A stretch of DNA of 64,000 nucleotides from an uncultured Methanosarcinales archaeon (GCA_964344235.1 CAYFMJ010000002.1:96001-160000); one strand, 5' to 3'. Positions 1 to 9,900 are shown, counted from the first letter of the stretch. Notes: generated from the sequence alone by a model not told the origin. Numbers and translations are program-made.

Positions 1-771
1 ACGAAACTCGGGAGGTGTAATGTGATAGAGAGTTTTGATATTATCATTGAAGCCAAAAATATTTACATCACATGTTGAGTTGTTTGCGGTGAATTGGTAT
101 GATTCAAGAAAGTTTCCTTCAGGAAATTCCCGGATGAGTTTTGTGTACATGAAATCAGGATGCGTTGTCGGATGGAATGTGTATTGGTAAATTTCTCTGT
201 TTCCTAAGGAATAATCATGGGTGTGTGGCATTAATAGTTGGATGATTTTAAGTTGCTCAATTTTTTGAATTGCATCCACCATGATTTGCACGAAACGTTG
301 TTGACTGTTTGCGTGATCAGGATTAATAGTATTGTTGAGAATGTTTTTCTCGTGCCGCTCTAATCTTTTTAGTTCAATAAATGCAGCTAATGGGTCTTCT
401 TTCAGTTTTTTTGAAATTATTCTTTGGAATCGGGCGTAGTTACCACGGATATATTGTTCATGTTGTGGATCGACGAGAAGTTGTGAATAACTGTAACGGT
501 TATCATGGTTAATTGCTTTGTATAATGATGCCAATTCCACGAGTAAGGCTGTTTGTGCCGTATCGTATTCATAATGCCGTTGTTGTGTTAAGATGATTGT
601 GGTAACGCCGCTGTTTTCAAGCAGGAGGTCAATGACTTTGCCCATGCAGACTTTACTGTATTCGATTGATGGAGGGAAAGGACATCGCTCTAAGGCAATT
701 TTGAGAATCTTGTCTTCTCCTTCGTGGTATGTTTGGGAAGCAAAACATGCTTTAGTGTTTTTATCTATCAT
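1..771 (-). CDS. N-terminal part of a probable type II/IV secretion (pilus) ATPase subunit, truncated by the window edge
   Basis: Not in the ORF track. Manual translation from the ATG at 771 is open to position 1: MIDKNTKACF...EGEDKILKIALERCPFPPSIEYSKVCMGKV...QQRHYEYD...TLYHITPPEFR. This resembles the N-terminal extension of DPANN VirB11/FlaI-family ATPases as I recall them. The Walker motifs would lie outside the window. Confidence 0.6.
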   Translation of the reverse strand, partial: MIDKNTKACFASQTYHEGEDKILKIALERCPFPPSIEYSKVCMGKVIDLLLENSGVTTIILTQQRHYEYDTAQTALLVELASLYKAINHDNRYSYSQLLVDPQHEQYIRGNYARFQRIISKKLKEDPLAAFIELKRLERHEKNILNNTINPDHANSQQRFVQIMVDAIQKIEQLKIIQLLMPHTHDYSLGNREIYQYTFHPTTHPDFMYTKLIREFPEGNFLESYQFTANNSTCDVNIFGFNDNIKTLYHITPPEFR

Positions 772-864
772 CTTTTTGAGGTAATGGGTGGTTTTGGTTT
801 ATTATTATTTCTCTTTTCATGTAGTTGAAGAAGATTTTTAAAGAATTAGTTACTCTTAAATATT

Positions 865-1467
865 ATGCTTAAAGCGATTGTTTTTGATTTTGATGGAGTA
901 CTTGTTAATACCTATGAGAATCACTATCAAACCTATGCGAGAAAGTATAAAGATCTTAGCAGAGAAGATCACAAGCGTCTCTTTGAAGGTAATATTCATG
1001 AAATGAGAGTTAAGCTTGAAGTTAAGGATGAGAACTTTAATTATGTTGCAGGATTAGGAAAATTTCTTCTTACACAAGAACTAGCACCAGATATCCTCTC
1101 AATACTGAGAAAACTTAAACAAAAATTTTCTCTATTTATTATTACTTCACATCGTGAGTCGGTCTTAAAAGAATTCTTCAACAAGCAGGAACTCAAGGAT
1201 CTTTTTGACCATGTCTATGGGCTTGAAACGCATAGAAGAAAGGAATTTAAGTTTAGACGTTTATTCGATGATTATGACTTAACTAACAAAGAAGTCATTT
1301 TTATTACGGACACACTGGGTGATATTCTCGCAGCAAATAAACTTGGAGTAAAAACTATCGCCGTTGAATTCGGGTTTCATGATAGAAAGAGGCTTGAAAA
1401 AGGTAAACCGTTAAAGATCGTTTCTAGTTTTGAGGAGATAGTGTCGCTTGTACAAAAACTCTCTTAA
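865..1467 (+). CDS. HAD-superfamily hydrolase (phosphoglycolate phosphatase-like)
   Basis: Motif I FDFDGVL, motif II ITS, motif IV ITDTLGDI. Confidence 0.85.
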   Translation: MLKAIVFDFDGVLVNTYENHYQTYARKYKDLSREDHKRLFEGNIHEMRVKLEVKDENFNYVAGLGKFLLTQELAPDILSILRKLKQKFSLFIITSHRESVLKEFFNKQELKDLFDHVYGLETHRRKEFKFRRLFDDYDLTNKEVIFITDTLGDILAANKLGVKTIAVEFGFHDRKRLEKGKPLKIVSSFEEIVSLVQKLS

Positions 1468-1531
1468 TACGTCTGTACTACTTAGAAATACTCACACAAC
1501 TTTATTATACATTCTTGCCTCTAAGAACGGA

Positions 1532-1942
1532 ATGGTAGATGCTCCTCCAGTACAGCAGGGTTTTGATCAAGCAAAGTTATATACGTGGATGAAAGGGTTA
1601 GAGATTAAAGTTAATTCGCTGGTGCGGGAAGTGGAGTTGATTAAGAGTGATGTGATGCGTAAGATTGATACTGTGAAAAAAGAAATGACTGTGTTTACAG
1701 ATGACTTATTGGAGTTAAAACGGGAGCAAGCAGGGTTTGCACAGAAAATGGATTTAGTGGTTAAAGAGTTAAAACAAACGGCAGGGAAAGAAGAGGTAGC
1801 CGTGATAAAGAAGTATTTGGATTTTTGGAGTCCACTTCATTTTGTAACGCAGCAGGATGTTGCACGGTTAGTTGAGGAACGACTTCATGATCATCATCAT
1901 AATAAAACAAAACATACAAAGGAGATTTCTCCATTTCAATAA
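1532..1942 (+). CDS. Hypothetical coiled-coil protein
   Basis: Likely start is the ATG at 1532 (MVDAPP...). Heptad-rich helical sequence, apparently in an operon with the next gene. Confidence 0.7.
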   Translation: MVDAPPVQQGFDQAKLYTWMKGLEIKVNSLVREVELIKSDVMRKIDTVKKEMTVFTDDLLELKREQAGFAQKMDLVVKELKQTAGKEEVAVIKKYLDFWSPLHFVTQQDVARLVEERLHDHHHNKTKHTKEISPFQ

Positions 1943-1954
1943 AGGGTGATACAC

Positions 1955-2503
1955 ATGGCAGATATAACATCAGCAATTATGCAATTACGAGGACAAGGTC
2001 TAACAGATGCAATAATTATAGAAGAGTTATCAAAGCAGGGGTATTCTCCTGATGAGGTACATATGGCTTTGAGTGGTTTAGAGCAGCAGAATAGTGGTTT
2101 TGATGGAGGAATGGCTCAGCAAATGGCACCTGCGTTCCAATCAGCTCCGATGCAAAGTTCGAGTGATCAGAATGGGATGTATAACAGAATCGAAGAAATT
2201 ACGGAAGGCATTGTGGATGAGAAATGGGATGAGTTAATTAAAGAAGTGAAGAAGATTGTGGAATGGAAAGCTCGTTTAGAGGACACACAGCGTCGTTTAC
2301 AAAATGATGTAGAAAAGTTGAAAGAAGATTTTAAGACATTACATTCTGGCGTTCTGGGGAAATTAGAGACGTATGATAAACGTATGGGTGACGTTGGTAC
2401 AGAACTACAAGCAGTAGGAAAGGTGTTTAAGGATGTAATCCCAACGTTTGTTGAGAATGTAAAAGAGTTAGGTCACTTAACCGGGAAAGTTAAGAAGAAA
2501 TAA
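1955..2503 (+). CDS. Hypothetical protein with a small N-terminal helical 'G-Y' domain and a long coiled coil
   Basis: SD-like GGGTGA precedes the ATG at 1955. N-terminus is ITSAIMQLRGQGLTDAIIIEELSKQGYSPDEVHMAL; the C-terminal half is coiled coil. Confidence 0.75.
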   Translation: MADITSAIMQLRGQGLTDAIIIEELSKQGYSPDEVHMALSGLEQQNSGFDGGMAQQMAPAFQSAPMQSSSDQNGMYNRIEEITEGIVDEKWDELIKEVKKIVEWKARLEDTQRRLQNDVEKLKEDFKTLHSGVLGKLETYDKRMGDVGTELQAVGKVFKDVIPTFVENVKELGHLTGKVKKK

Positions 2504-2529
2504 AATGTTTATTCTGTTTTTATTGTTGT

Positions 2530-3099
2530 TTACTTAATGGCTGAGGGGCCAGTCAACAACCCTATGGCAAAGACCATGATAGTGAAGATAATCATCATGC
2601 CAATGACTTTTGGATGACGGAGCGTTGAAACAACGTTTGTTTGGAAATTATCTGTTGCAACGCCGCCAGCACCACTTATGCTTGTTGCGTTGCCTCCGGA
2701 GCCTTCTTCTAAGAACGTTTGCCCTAATGAATTTCCAAGTGCTGCAATGAAGATAATGATGCCAACACCAAAGAGTAACCAGCCGAGGCCTCTATCATTT
2801 CGTAAGTAATTAGCAATATCTTTCTCTCCAACACCAAATATCTGGTATACCAGCAAGAGAAGCATGATAAAGAGGAATGCAACAACAAACCAGGGAATCA
2901 TGAAGTTGATAACTTCCACTGCTTTCTCTGAGATGATTACCAAGAATGCAGCGGCGGCAGCAACAACGGCATCTACACCGAGTGAAGCGCCTAATGCTCC
3001 TGTTTTCCGTAGCAAAGCAAACACAATTGCAAAAATCAGTACTGCTGCAAACACTATGTCAAATGTTTGCAGTAAACTGATGTCGAAGAGTGTTGCCAT
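2530..3099 (-). CDS. Multi-pass membrane protein, paralog 3 of a tandem triplet
   Basis: About 5 TM helices; shares the LIFAIVFALLRKTGALG motif with its neighbours. Confidence 0.8.
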   Translation of the reverse strand: MATLFDISLLQTFDIVFAAVLIFAIVFALLRKTGALGASLGVDAVVAAAAAFLVIISEKAVEVINFMIPWFVVAFLFIMLLLLVYQIFGVGEKDIANYLRNDRGLGWLLFGVGIIIFIAALGNSLGQTFLEEGSGGNATSISGAGGVATDNFQTNVVSTLRHPKVIGMMIIFTIMVFAIGLLTGPSAIK

Positions 3100-3108
3100 G
3101 ATGTAAAC

Positions 3109-3684
3109 CTATTTCTTCTCAACCAAACTCTCTAAGCCTTTCCAGATGTTCTTTACAGTATCAACACCTTTGCCTTTGCTTGGTTCTTTTGTTACAAACC
3201 ACACAACAAGGCCGAAGACAAGTATGATAATGAGCAATTCAGTAGTTTCTGAACTCCACCAACTGAAAATGTCGTACGGACCAGTCCAAATGTTTAATGA
3301 AGCTCCAAAGATGTAGAAGACAAATACAAGTGATACTAGCGCAATAATTGGGGCAGCTGCTTTGGCAAAACTTGTGCCGAAAATTCCCATGAGAAGCATA
3401 AGCATGATTGCAGCGATTGCAACTAACGAGATGCTCGGTAATGCAGAGTTAAGAACCACTACTGGGTCATATCCCAGGGGGTATGCTCCAATAATGTGCG
3501 GTACAACAAACAGTAACCCCAGTACTAATGCAATGATTACATTGAAATTTTTCCTGTCGCCTAAAATTTGTGTTTTTTGGAACACTGCGAAGACAATTGT
3601 GAATACTAACAAGAATGGTAGGAGAAAGTCCATTACTCCGTAGTTCTGAAAGAATATTGCAAGATCCTCAAATCCTGTTGCCAT
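3109..3684 (-). CDS. Multi-pass membrane protein, paralog 2 of a tandem triplet
   Basis: Contains DFLLPFLLVFTIVFAVFQKTQILG; SD GGAGG upstream. Confidence 0.85.
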   Translation of the reverse strand: MATGFEDLAIFFQNYGVMDFLLPFLLVFTIVFAVFQKTQILGDRKNFNVIIALVLGLLFVVPHIIGAYPLGYDPVVVLNSALPSISLVAIAAIMLMLLMGIFGTSFAKAAAPIIALVSLVFVFYIFGASLNIWTGPYDIFSWWSSETTELLIIILVFGLVVWFVTKEPSKGKGVDTVKNIWKGLESLVEKK

Positions 3685-3752
3685 GATAATAACCTCCTTT
3701 TGTACGTTTCGTTTTGTTGTAATTATTTGTCATTTAAAAATCCATCGTTCTC

Positions 3753-4322
3753 TTAGTCTTTCTTTTCGGTTTTTTGCGCTTTCTTTGCCGGTGGGTCTCG
3801 TACAATATACCACATAAATCCTAGTATGACTACGAGGAACACTACTGTAACGGTCCATTGAGCTGGCCATAACACAAAGATTGCTAATACAAACTGTAAC
3901 CAATCAAGAGCATCAAGGAAAATAACCACAATACCAATGAATAGAACGACCATAAAAAATTTTAACCATGCGGGGAAGCCGCCTGCGAAATCAAATTCTT
4001 GATCCTTGAAAAACACACCGATTAATAATAGGAATGAAACGGAGAGAATCAACAAAAGGACAATGTTAGCCATCACTTGGTTAATGACTGCTACAAGTTG
4101 TGTTGATGCTATTACTAAAAATGCGACAATGAACGCAACGATGGAATTAAGATTCTTTTTGGTGTATTCGTTGCCATCTATTTTTTCAATTCCTAAAATT
4201 TTCGTTTTTTCAAGTATTGCAAAAACAATTGTGAATACTAACAACAATGGTAGCACGATGTCATAGACTCCAATGTCTGTGAACACTTCAACTACGCCGC
4301 GAAAAAGACTTTCTTCTGCCAT
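3753..4322 (-). CDS. Multi-pass membrane protein, paralog 1 of a tandem triplet
   Basis: Contains DIVLPLLLVFTIVFAILEKTKILG; about 5 TM helices. Confidence 0.85.
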   Translation of the reverse strand: MAEESLFRGVVEVFTDIGVYDIVLPLLLVFTIVFAILEKTKILGIEKIDGNEYTKKNLNSIVAFIVAFLVIASTQLVAVINQVMANIVLLLILSVSFLLLIGVFFKDQEFDFAGGFPAWLKFFMVVLFIGIVVIFLDALDWLQFVLAIFVLWPAQWTVTVVFLVVILGFMWYIVRDPPAKKAQKTEKKD

Positions 4323-4410
4323 CTATTTTTCCTCTTTTTAGTATGTGGAATTAAAGGGAAAGAGTATTTAAATGTTTCTTTTGTTGTGGTCGGTCTAGAA
4401 TAACACTTAT

Positions 4411-4483
4411 TTGTATGCTGGGGCACGGCGCCTTAGATTTTTTACGAAGGAAAAAATGCGCCTCCATTGGCGCCAGTATACAA
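4411..4483. ncRNA. Candidate structured intergenic hairpin element
   Basis: Outer 11-bp stem TTGTATGCTGG/CCAGTATACAA (one G-U on the + strand). Inner stems GGCGC/GCGCC and ATTTTTT/AAAAAAT. Confidence 0.3.
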
Positions 4484-4586
4484 AACCGTTCTATTCTAGA
4501 CAAACCATTTTGTTGTAGTTTATTGTGAAGCGAAGAGTTTAAATAGTAGTGTCCTTTCATTTTCACTGCATTAGAGGTGGGTTTAC

Positions 4587-6017
4587 GTGAGGAAAATAGC
4601 ATTATTACTTTCAGTTACTTTTTTGTTGTTAGTTAGTGTTGCAGTGGCTGATTCTGATACGAGTTCTGTTAGTATCTCTGCACTGGAAAATCAAATTGCG
4701 CCACATGAACAAGCACAGTTTAAACTTGTCATTGACAATGATCATCCAACAGAAGCTGTATCTTACAGTATTTATTCATTTGTACAAGGATGGAATGTTA
4801 ACCCTTCCCCGTTGAAAGACAAAATAATTACTATTGCTTCTGGTGGTAGTTATTCTACAACTATTGTTGCACAGCCGCATGAAAGTTTTAGTCCGGGAGT
4901 GTATAATTTAGAAGTAATTGTTGAGAGTGATGTTGGTGAGCTATTCCCTCGGACGTTGAAAGTGTATTTAGAACCAGAAAGCCCGATTGATTATTTGCCT
5001 ACGATTAAAGTAAATGTTGATATGGACGAGAAGATAAATCCAACGCAAGCGGTGCCAATTAAATTGTTTATTGATAATCGAAACCCTCTCGACTTAACTG
5101 ATTTAGTTGTGAAGATTAAAAGTGATATTCCTGAATTTGCACAGGAGGCCGTTATTGATATCCCTCCATTGCAGAAGAAGACGGTTGAGTTTACTGTTGT
5201 GCCAAACGAACATCAGCAACCAAAGGAGTACCCCCTCTTTTTTGTGTTTGAACGGAATGGGGAAACGGTTAAGGTTGTAGAGCAAGAGATTGAAATTCTT
5301 CCTTTATTGCCGGCATTTACTGTGGATGTTGCGAGTGAAAATATTTTTCTGAAGAAATTTGCTGCGGCAGAAATTCATAATCCAGGTAATGTGTTGAATA
5401 CGCAACGTGTTGAGGTTCCAATGTCGTTCTGGTCAGCGTTATTTGTTTCAGGAGCAGATTCTGGTAGAGCAGAAGATGGTTCTCGGGTGATTTTTTGGGA
5501 AGTAACATTAGGGGCGGATGAATCTACAACTATTCATTATACTGTGAATTATCGAATCTTATTAGCGATTGTTGTGGTGTTAGTGGTGTTTTTGATATTT
5601 TATTCAATTGTACAATCTCCACTTGTTATTAAGAAAAAAGCTGTTACAACGAAGAGTCATGAACATGGTGCGTTGTCAGAGATTAAAGTGACGTTAGAAG
5701 TTCGCAACAAATCAAAGCGAGGATTCAAAGATGTTGAGATTATTGATTGGGTTCCAGCGATTGCAAATGTGGAAAAGAGCTTAGAATTAGGCACGTTACG
5801 GCCGAAGGCGGTGCGGCATACTAAGAAAGGTGCAAAAGTTATTTGGGCGTTAGCAGAGTTGGATGCACACGAACATCGATTAATTACATACAAAGTACGG
5901 GCGAAGCTTAATATTTTGGGGACGTTTAGTTTGCCAAGAGCAGTTGTTGAGTTCCATAAGAAAGAAGGTGGCAAGAAGTCTAAAGCTTTCTCTAATGTGT
6001 ACCGGTTGAATGGATAG
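4587..6017 (+). CDS. Membrane-anchored protein: signal peptide, Ig-like extracellular domains, TM helix and C-terminal beta domain
   Basis: GTG start after SD GAGGTG. Hydrophobic N-terminus, TM ILLAIVVVLVVFLIFYSIV, beta-rich repeats. Confidence 0.8.
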   Translation: MRKIALLLSVTFLLLVSVAVADSDTSSVSISALENQIAPHEQAQFKLVIDNDHPTEAVSYSIYSFVQGWNVNPSPLKDKIITIASGGSYSTTIVAQPHESFSPGVYNLEVIVESDVGELFPRTLKVYLEPESPIDYLPTIKVNVDMDEKINPTQAVPIKLFIDNRNPLDLTDLVVKIKSDIPEFAQEAVIDIPPLQKKTVEFTVVPNEHQQPKEYPLFFVFERNGETVKVVEQEIEILPLLPAFTVDVASENIFLKKFAAAEIHNPGNVLNTQRVEVPMSFWSALFVSGADSGRAEDGSRVIFWEVTLGADESTTIHYTVNYRILLAIVVVLVVFLIFYSIVQSPLVIKKKAVTTKSHEHGALSEIKVTLEVRNKSKRGFKDVEIIDWVPAIANVEKSLELGTLRPKAVRHTKKGAKVIWALAELDAHEHRLITYKVRAKLNILGTFSLPRAVVEFHKKEGGKKSKAFSNVYRLNG

Positions 6018-6023
6018 GTTGTT

Positions 6024-6167
6024 GAGCGGGTTGTGTCCCGTTCCTGTGAGTGGGGCACGGCGGATGCCGTACTCTTTCGGAGTACCCGCTTCGACTGCGT
6101 CAGGGCGCCACTCACCCACTTGACTTAATCCGTACTTGTAATGTCTTGAGACTTTATGTGGGACAAT
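6024..6167. ncRNA. Unidentified GC-rich structured RNA candidate (~140 nt)
   Basis: Closing stem TGTCCC (6034-39)/GGGACA (6160-65), stem GTGAGTGG (6046-53)/CCACTCAC (6108-15), and hairpins ACGGC/GCCGT and GTACTC/GAGTAC. A TATA-like TTTATATATAA lies at ~6176-6186. No tRNA, 5S, SRP or RNase P signature was recognised. Confidence 0.45.
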
Positions 6168-6233
6168 ACAAACATTTATATATAAGTCGTGCATTGTAAA
6201 ACCATCATAATTAAGGTGTGAGGGTAGGTAAAA

Positions 6234-6620
6234 ATGAAAGATTTTTTTTTACAATTAAAAGATAAATTCGCCAAACCAATTGAGGAAGAAGAGGCTCTGG
6301 AGATGCCGGAAGAGTATGTTGAAGTGGGCTCTGAATCTCCAAAAGAAGAGAAGTCAAGAGTGCTTGTTCGACCGTTTGTGATGGAGGAGTTTGAAGATAT
6401 TAAAGAAATTCTTGATGTGCTGCGGGAGGGCAGCACCATTGCATTAGTGAATATCAAACCGTTGAAAGAAAAAGACCTTGTTGAGTTGAAGCGGGCTGTT
6501 TCTAAGTTACGGAAAACATGTCAAGCTATTGAAGGGGATATCGCTGGATTTGGTGAAGATTATGTTGTTGCGGTTCCGTATTTTGCGAGAATTCACCGAC
6601 AGAGTAAAATTGTTGAATAA
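6234..6620 (+). CDS. sepF: Cell division protein SepF
   Basis: C-terminal SepF core: EFEDIKEILDVLREG..IALVNIKPLKEKD..ELKRAVSKLRKTCQAIEGDIAG. Confidence 0.85.
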   Translation: MKDFFLQLKDKFAKPIEEEEALEMPEEYVEVGSESPKEEKSRVLVRPFVMEEFEDIKEILDVLREGSTIALVNIKPLKEKDLVELKRAVSKLRKTCQAIEGDIAGFGEDYVVAVPYFARIHRQSKIVE

Positions 6621-6659
6621 TTTTTATTTTTTGAATAGTTCTTTTTGTTTGTAGTAAAG

Positions 6660-6667
6660 TTTAAAAA
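6660..6667 (+). promoter_or_regulatory. TATA box for the tRNA-Ser transcript
   Basis: TTTAAAAA preceded by a purine-rich BRE-like GTAAAG, about 20-25 nt before the structured leader at 6686. Confidence 0.55.
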
Positions 6668-6737
6668 CGATTTGGGTTCTTGAATGGGTATGCCGCTATC
6701 AAGAGTTGTCTCTTGGAAGCGTCACTCGTAAACTCGT

Positions 6738-6926
6738 GCCGCGGTCGCATAGTCTGGTATTGCGCTGATCTGTTCAGTGTCAAGCTGTGCAGAGCGTAAG
6801 ATTGCTATGGACAATCTGTCTTTCAGATTTCCGTCAATACCAAACATCCAGTCCCATCTGGGATCGCCGGTTCAAATTCCGTCAGGGAGTTACAAACCCT
6901 GTGGTTTGGAAGTCCGGCCCGCGGCG
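6738..6926 (+). tRNA. tRNA-Ser(GCT) with three BHB introns (29/30, 37/38, 59/60)
   Basis: Exons 6738-6767, 6800-6807, 6846-6876 and 6913-6926 join to GCCGCGGTCGCATAGTCTGGTATTGCGCTGGATTGCTAATCCAGTCCCATCTGGGATCGCCGGTTCAAATCCGGCCCGCGGCG. The long variable arm and G73 fit Ser. The 4-bp BHB central helix is fully paired for introns 1 and 3 and 3/4 paired for intron 2. Confidence 0.85.
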
Positions 6927-6996
6927 CTCTTTTTTTCTTCGGTACGTAATCGGAAGCTATATAAACAGAAAAATGTTTCTAAGACGTAGGTGTACG

Positions 6997-9900
6997 ATGC
7001 GTAAATCTAAAAAGAGGCAAGAGAAATTACCTGTCGTAGCTCGGCGAACACCATTTCCATTATACGGTCAGAAATTTGGGATTATTGCAGCGTTAGTTGT
7101 TGTGGTTGTTGGATTCTTAGTGTTGATGAATTTTAGTGGTGATAATGTTGCAGGACAGGCGACGTTTACTGATTGGACGGCTTATGAAGCAGCGTATTGG
7201 GAACAAGCGCCAGTTGATGGTTGTATTAACGAAGGTTGTCCAGATGATCCTGATGAGACTTTTAAAGCAGTCTCTACTGACTTGTTTGATGAGAATGGTG
7301 ATTTTGACAAGAAATTTGAGGGTTTTTGTCCGCCGAGTGTTGTGGGGGAAGTCTGTTATTACAACAAGGGGGCCAACGCTGAGAAGGATGGACAGTGTTA
7401 TTTTAGTAATTCTTTAACTCCGTTCAAACCAAGCTCTGGAAGTACTAAAAGAGATAACTCCCTTTGTTTTGAAAATGATTTATACAAATGTCAATCTGGA
7501 AATAGGGGGGTGTTTGAGGATAACCCAAAGTTTGCGTGTCTTTATGAGGGGGAACTAAACCGGTGGGCTCCCTGTTTAGATGATGCTTATGTGCACCCCT
7601 CAACTCTTGGCAAATTCTATTGTGATGGTGAAGAAACGTGGCATGAATGTGAAGGTACTGGAGGAATAGTTGATGATCAATTGTGCTATCTCTCACATTG
7701 GGAAGTGTGTGAGGAAGAAGAGGTTCTTTCGGGTGGTACACAGGCGGGATTCTTTTGTGATGGAGTGGACTGGCACGTTTGTGACTCTTCAACGGAGGAC
7801 CCATTTTGTGTTCTAGAATTTACTGCATGGTCTTATGAATACCCTGGTTCAAATCTAGTTGCAGATATTTTATTAGAGAGTGGAATTGATGACCATGGTA
7901 ATGAAATATCAGATGCTATTGACATTTCTAATAACGTTGCATACACGGGGATATATTCCGTAACTAATGTCTATCAAAAAGACTACAGTCAATCATTTTT
8001 TAAATACACACACGAAGATGGGCAGTTGAGGAATTACGTTATTTCTTTTGAGGATAGCGGTGACTCTTTAACTGTAACTGTTAAATCTTTTCAGGATACT
8101 ATTGTGGAACAGTTCACTTTAGAGTTTGAGAGCGATTCTGTTCTTTCTTTTCCTCCAGAACAACGTGCTCTCGATTTGGATAACGATGGGGAAACGGAAG
8201 CTTATCTTAATATTATTGCGTCGCACCCCTACTTTGGGGGGGGGGCTTTATTTGTTGTGAGTCCCGTTATTAATTTCCCTGCTTTTATGGATACTGATGA
8301 GAATATATTGACGGTTCTTACCTCAGGTAACCCACAGCAGTTTGTTATTGACGGTGAAGTGCATACGTTCCAACTGTTCTGGGAAGGTGACGATAATTAT
8401 GTCTTTGTGGTTGATGAACAACAGTTTGCATTTAATGATCAGGATAACGAACCAGAATTGTTCCTGGATGCGCAGGGGACACAGAAATTAGGGTTTAATT
8501 TATTCCCCTCTGGGGACTTTTTTGCGGTTATGAGCTTCACTTCTAATGTTGAGGACATTAGCATTTTAAAATTGAAAGAAAAAAGCGTTGATTTATCTGA
8601 AGTGTATGAAGAGGAGTTTGCGAAAAACAAAATTCTTGAATTGATAAATGTTGAGGGGGAAGCTGATTTTAGTAACACGGTAGCAATCTGCAAGGAAGAT
8701 CCGCCAGTGTTGGAGTTTGTTACTGTTTGTTCAAAGGAGAATGAGCAGATTGATTTGCAGCATAAGCAAGTAGTTGATTTATCCGCGCCAAATGCCTTTG
8801 GTGTTAACTGGCCGGTTGTGTTGTGGTATGAATCGCCTGGGCAAACTGGAGAAAAGGAGGTAAGTGCGTACCATTTGATTGATGTTGATCCAATCTCTGG
8901 ATTGCAAATAAAAGAATCTGCGCAGACATTCGCAACAAACCTTGTGCAAGGAAGAAGTTTGGCTTTAGAAAGTGACGGAACGATTTACAGATTATCGCAC
9001 CCAACGCAACCTTTCTTGGATTTGTTACAGTTAGAGTTAACAGATCTTTCGAATGACGGAACACCAACGTATGTTTCAGAAGGTGACCAGAGTGAAGTTG
9101 TCTTTAATTTGCCATTGGGGAAACAAATCAGAATTCGGGCGGTTTTGATCCCAGAGACAAACGAATTTACGTATGAAATCTCTTCTCAAACACTGTTAAC
9201 AGAGACAGTTGATTTAAATGTGGCGTTAGAGACTGCAGTAAGTACATATGGGTATGTTTCTATAACGGACCCAGATCTTGGGTTAATTACCATTGATCCT
9301 GGTGACAATGAGTTGTTTGGTAATGTTATGAAAGTTCAGTTTGATGGAAAGACAGAGCTCTTAAATTTTGGTGAGGAAAAAATATTGCCCGAGGGTGAAC
9401 TCCAAAATGCTGCTCTCTTTTATTATGGTTCTAATGCTAATGCTGGGACTCCAAATGCTTTCAATAAGTATGCTTCTATTCACCTTTATACTGATTTAAC
9501 CCTTTTCGATCATGTCCATGACTTCACCCCGGAGGATTTCATTCTCCCCCTTGTGAAAGGAAACAGAATTGCCTTTGGCTTCGAGGAGGAAGTGTACTTG
9601 TTGGGTTACTCTGAACTATGGGATGGTACCTCTCAATTTTTTGCTGAAAAATTACAGTTAACAACACTTGATGGAGAAAATACTTTTATACCCCAACAAA
9701 CCGCAGAGGGGTACACTTTTGATATGGGTCTTTCACGGATTGACTTTTCTATTAGTTCAAACATTAACACTGTTGATACTATCGAATTTGAGGGGGTTAC
9801 CAGTGCCGACGTTGAGCAAGAGTTGATTTTACAACAAACGGAAATTATTGAGTTTGTACCGGAAGATAATTTCTCTTTCGTGCTAACAGAGAATAACAAG

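Noticed and set aside
593-784. Plus-strand 63-aa ORF in the track
   Set aside because: It is an antisense shadow of the longer minus-strand ATPase-like frame (771 to 1).
6086-6110. T-arm-like CGC-TTCGACT-GCG followed by GCGCCA, suggesting a tRNA 3' half
   Set aside because: There is no G53, no matching 7-bp acceptor partner and no D or anticodon arm.
6787-6996. N-terminal extension of the 1302-aa ORF, and ORF 6777-6989
   Set aside because: Both overlap tRNA-Ser. The plausible start is the ATG at 6997, after an SD-like AGGTG and a TATA-like TATATAAA.
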